32,000 nt of DNA from Candidatus Saccharimonadota bacterium (GTDB taxonomy: Bacteria; Pseudomonadota; Gammaproteobacteria; Johnevansiales; Johnevansiaceae): the NCBI RefSeq assembly GCF_902713755.1, contig NZ_LR744089.1, one strand, 5' to 3'. Positions within the stretch are counted from its first letter, which is position 1. Each line of letters starts with the position of its first letter. Shown one piece after another: positions 30,251-32,000 of the stretch. The notes below the pieces were generated by a model. The model was not told the DNA's origin and did not search any database. It saw only the letters and a list, made by a program, of their open reading frames with translations. Both the position numbers and the translations under genes were made by a program.

Positions 30251-32000
30251 CCCAATAATTACACAATATTTAAAAATAAAAAATAAATATAAAAATATTT
30301 TATTATTATATCGAATGGGTGATTTTTATGAATTTCTTTTTGAAGATGCACATAAAGCGTCTGCTTTATTAAATATACAATTAACTAGTAAAGGAAAATA
30401 TAATAATAAACCTATTCCAATGGCTGGAATACCTTATCATAGGATAAATACATATTTAAAACGTATCATAACTAACGGAATATCTGTTGCTATTTGTGAA
30501 CAAATACAAAATAATAAAAAAACTAATACCAAATTAATAGAAAGAAAAGTAATTCGAGTAATAACACCTGGAACTATATATGAAGAAAATTTATTAGATG
30601 AAAATAAAGATAATTTAATTTTATCAATAATATATAAAAATACTATATGGGGTATTTCTTGGTTAGAATTCACAACAGGCGATTTTGGAGTTTTAGAAGT
30701 TAATAATACACACAATTTAATTTTAGAATTAGAAAGATTAAATCCTGTTGAATTATTAATTCCTAGTTCAACTAAACACTTACCTACACTTCCCATAAAA
30801 AAATCAATAATAAAATATATAAATGATGACTTTTTTAATTATAACAATGCTTATAATATATTGTATAACAAATTAAACATAAAAAATATAGATACTAAAC
30901 TTCATAATGGTATATCTGCAGCTGGGGCTATAATTCAATATATAAATAATAATAAAATTTATAATTTATCACATATTAATCATTTAATTTTTGAAAAAAA
31001 CAAATATAAGTTAAATATAGATCTTACCACTAAAAAACATTTAGAACTTGATATAAATGTTAATGGTAAACAAGAAAATACATTATTTAGTGTTTTAAAC
31101 ACCACAATGACAAATATGGGTAGTAGATTATTAAAAAAATGGATTAATAATCCCATTACAAATTATAAATTAATTGAATTAAGACAAAATGCTATTCATA
31201 TTATTATAAATAATGATTTAATATATATTTTACAAAACAATATCAAAAAAATTGGCGATATAGAACGTATAATTACTAGAATAGCTTTAAAAAAAGCAAA
31301 ACCCCTAGATTTAATCAAATTAAAAAACGCTTTAAAAGTATTTCCTAAAATTAAAAATATATTAAATAGAATTTTAAAAAAAAATCAACACATAAAATCT
31401 ATACTTAATAATATATATCTATATATAAAAATATATCCAAATATAGATTTACTTTTACATGATGCTTTAATCGACAATCCTCCTAATACTATTAGAGATG
31501 GATATGTAATAAAATCTCATTTTAATCTCAAATTAGATACATTACGTGAAATCTATAATAATTCAGAAAAGTATATAAAAAAATTTGAAAATAAAGAAAA
31601 AATTCGTACAGGTATCTCTAAACTAAAAATTAATTTTAATAAACTTAATGGTTTTTTTATAGAATTACCTAAAAAACATACTTACAAAATACCTAAAGAA
31701 TATATAAAAAATAAAACATTAAAACATTCAGAAAGATTTTATTCTAAAGAATTAAAATCTTTTGAAAATTTATTAATAGAATCTAAAGAAAACTCAATAG
31801 AATATGAAAAAAAAATTTATAAAAAAATAATTAATATTCTTATTAATAATATTAATTGTTTATTAAAAACATCAAAAGCAATAGCAGCATTAGACGTGAT
31901 TACAACTTTATCTGAAAGAGCTTTAGCTCTGAATTTTTGTAAACCAATAATAAATAAAAACAAAATAGGCATAAAAATCATAGAGGGTAGACATCCTATA
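30225..32000 (+). CDS. mutS: DNA mismatch repair protein MutS (5' partial, continues beyond the window)
   Basis: Not in the ORF track because no stop codon is reached. My translation from ATG 30225 gives [71 protein letters not shown], then [14 protein letters not shown], and ends IIEGRHPI at the window edge. That is 592 codons with no stop. Confidence 0.95.
   Translation, partial: [592 protein letters not shown]

Overview
This window is an extremely A+T-rich, almost spacer-free bacterial chromosome segment. G+C is about one-fifth judged by eye, not computed. It looks like the genome of a reduced obligate intracellular symbiont. The standard genetic code fits: Trp is TGG throughout, and TGA terminates dnaX, yadH, miaA and alaS.

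Supported content:
- 25 protein-coding genes, with alaS truncated and mutS running off the 3' edge.
- One gene (miaA) broken by a single in-frame TGA.
- 7 tRNA genes (Asp-GUC, Val-UAC, Ser-GGA, Gly-GCC, Glu-UUC, Arg-ACG, Ser-GCU), none with an encoded CCA.

Minus-strand genes, in coordinate order: tsaB, aceF, aceE, dapA, dnaX, a short gnd-like gene, yadH, yadG, sufS, sufD, sufC, sufB, purA, hisZ, miaA, mutL, one orphan ORF, ilvD, lon, lysC and the alaS fragment. The plus-strand islands are infA-mnmA, hisS-der and mutS.

Three synteny blocks suggest a non-enteric gammaproteobacterial (Pseudomonas/Halomonas-like) or betaproteobacterial ancestor: mutL-miaA-[gap]-hisZ-purA, alaS-lysC-[gap]-tRNASer-tRNAArg, and hisS-[gap]-der. 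The usual intervening genes appear to have been deleted. I cannot name the organism without a database search.

I see no rRNA, CRISPR, IS or phage genes, toxin-antitoxin pair or defence-like cluster, and I do not see a novel multi-gene system.

Worth a second look:
1. alaS survives only as its editing/C-terminal half, cut at the aminoacylation-domain boundary and butted against mutS.
2. A 52-bp in-frame cassette is shared by tsaB and ilvD, and a 22-bp identity links ilvD to the tRNA-Glu 3' end.
3. A single in-frame TGA in an otherwise well-preserved miaA sits at a conserved aromatic position.
4. The tsaB stop codon lies inside tRNA-Val.
5. An orphan Lys-rich ORF occupies the tsaE/amiB position.
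6. Nested direct repeats straddle the mutS start codon.
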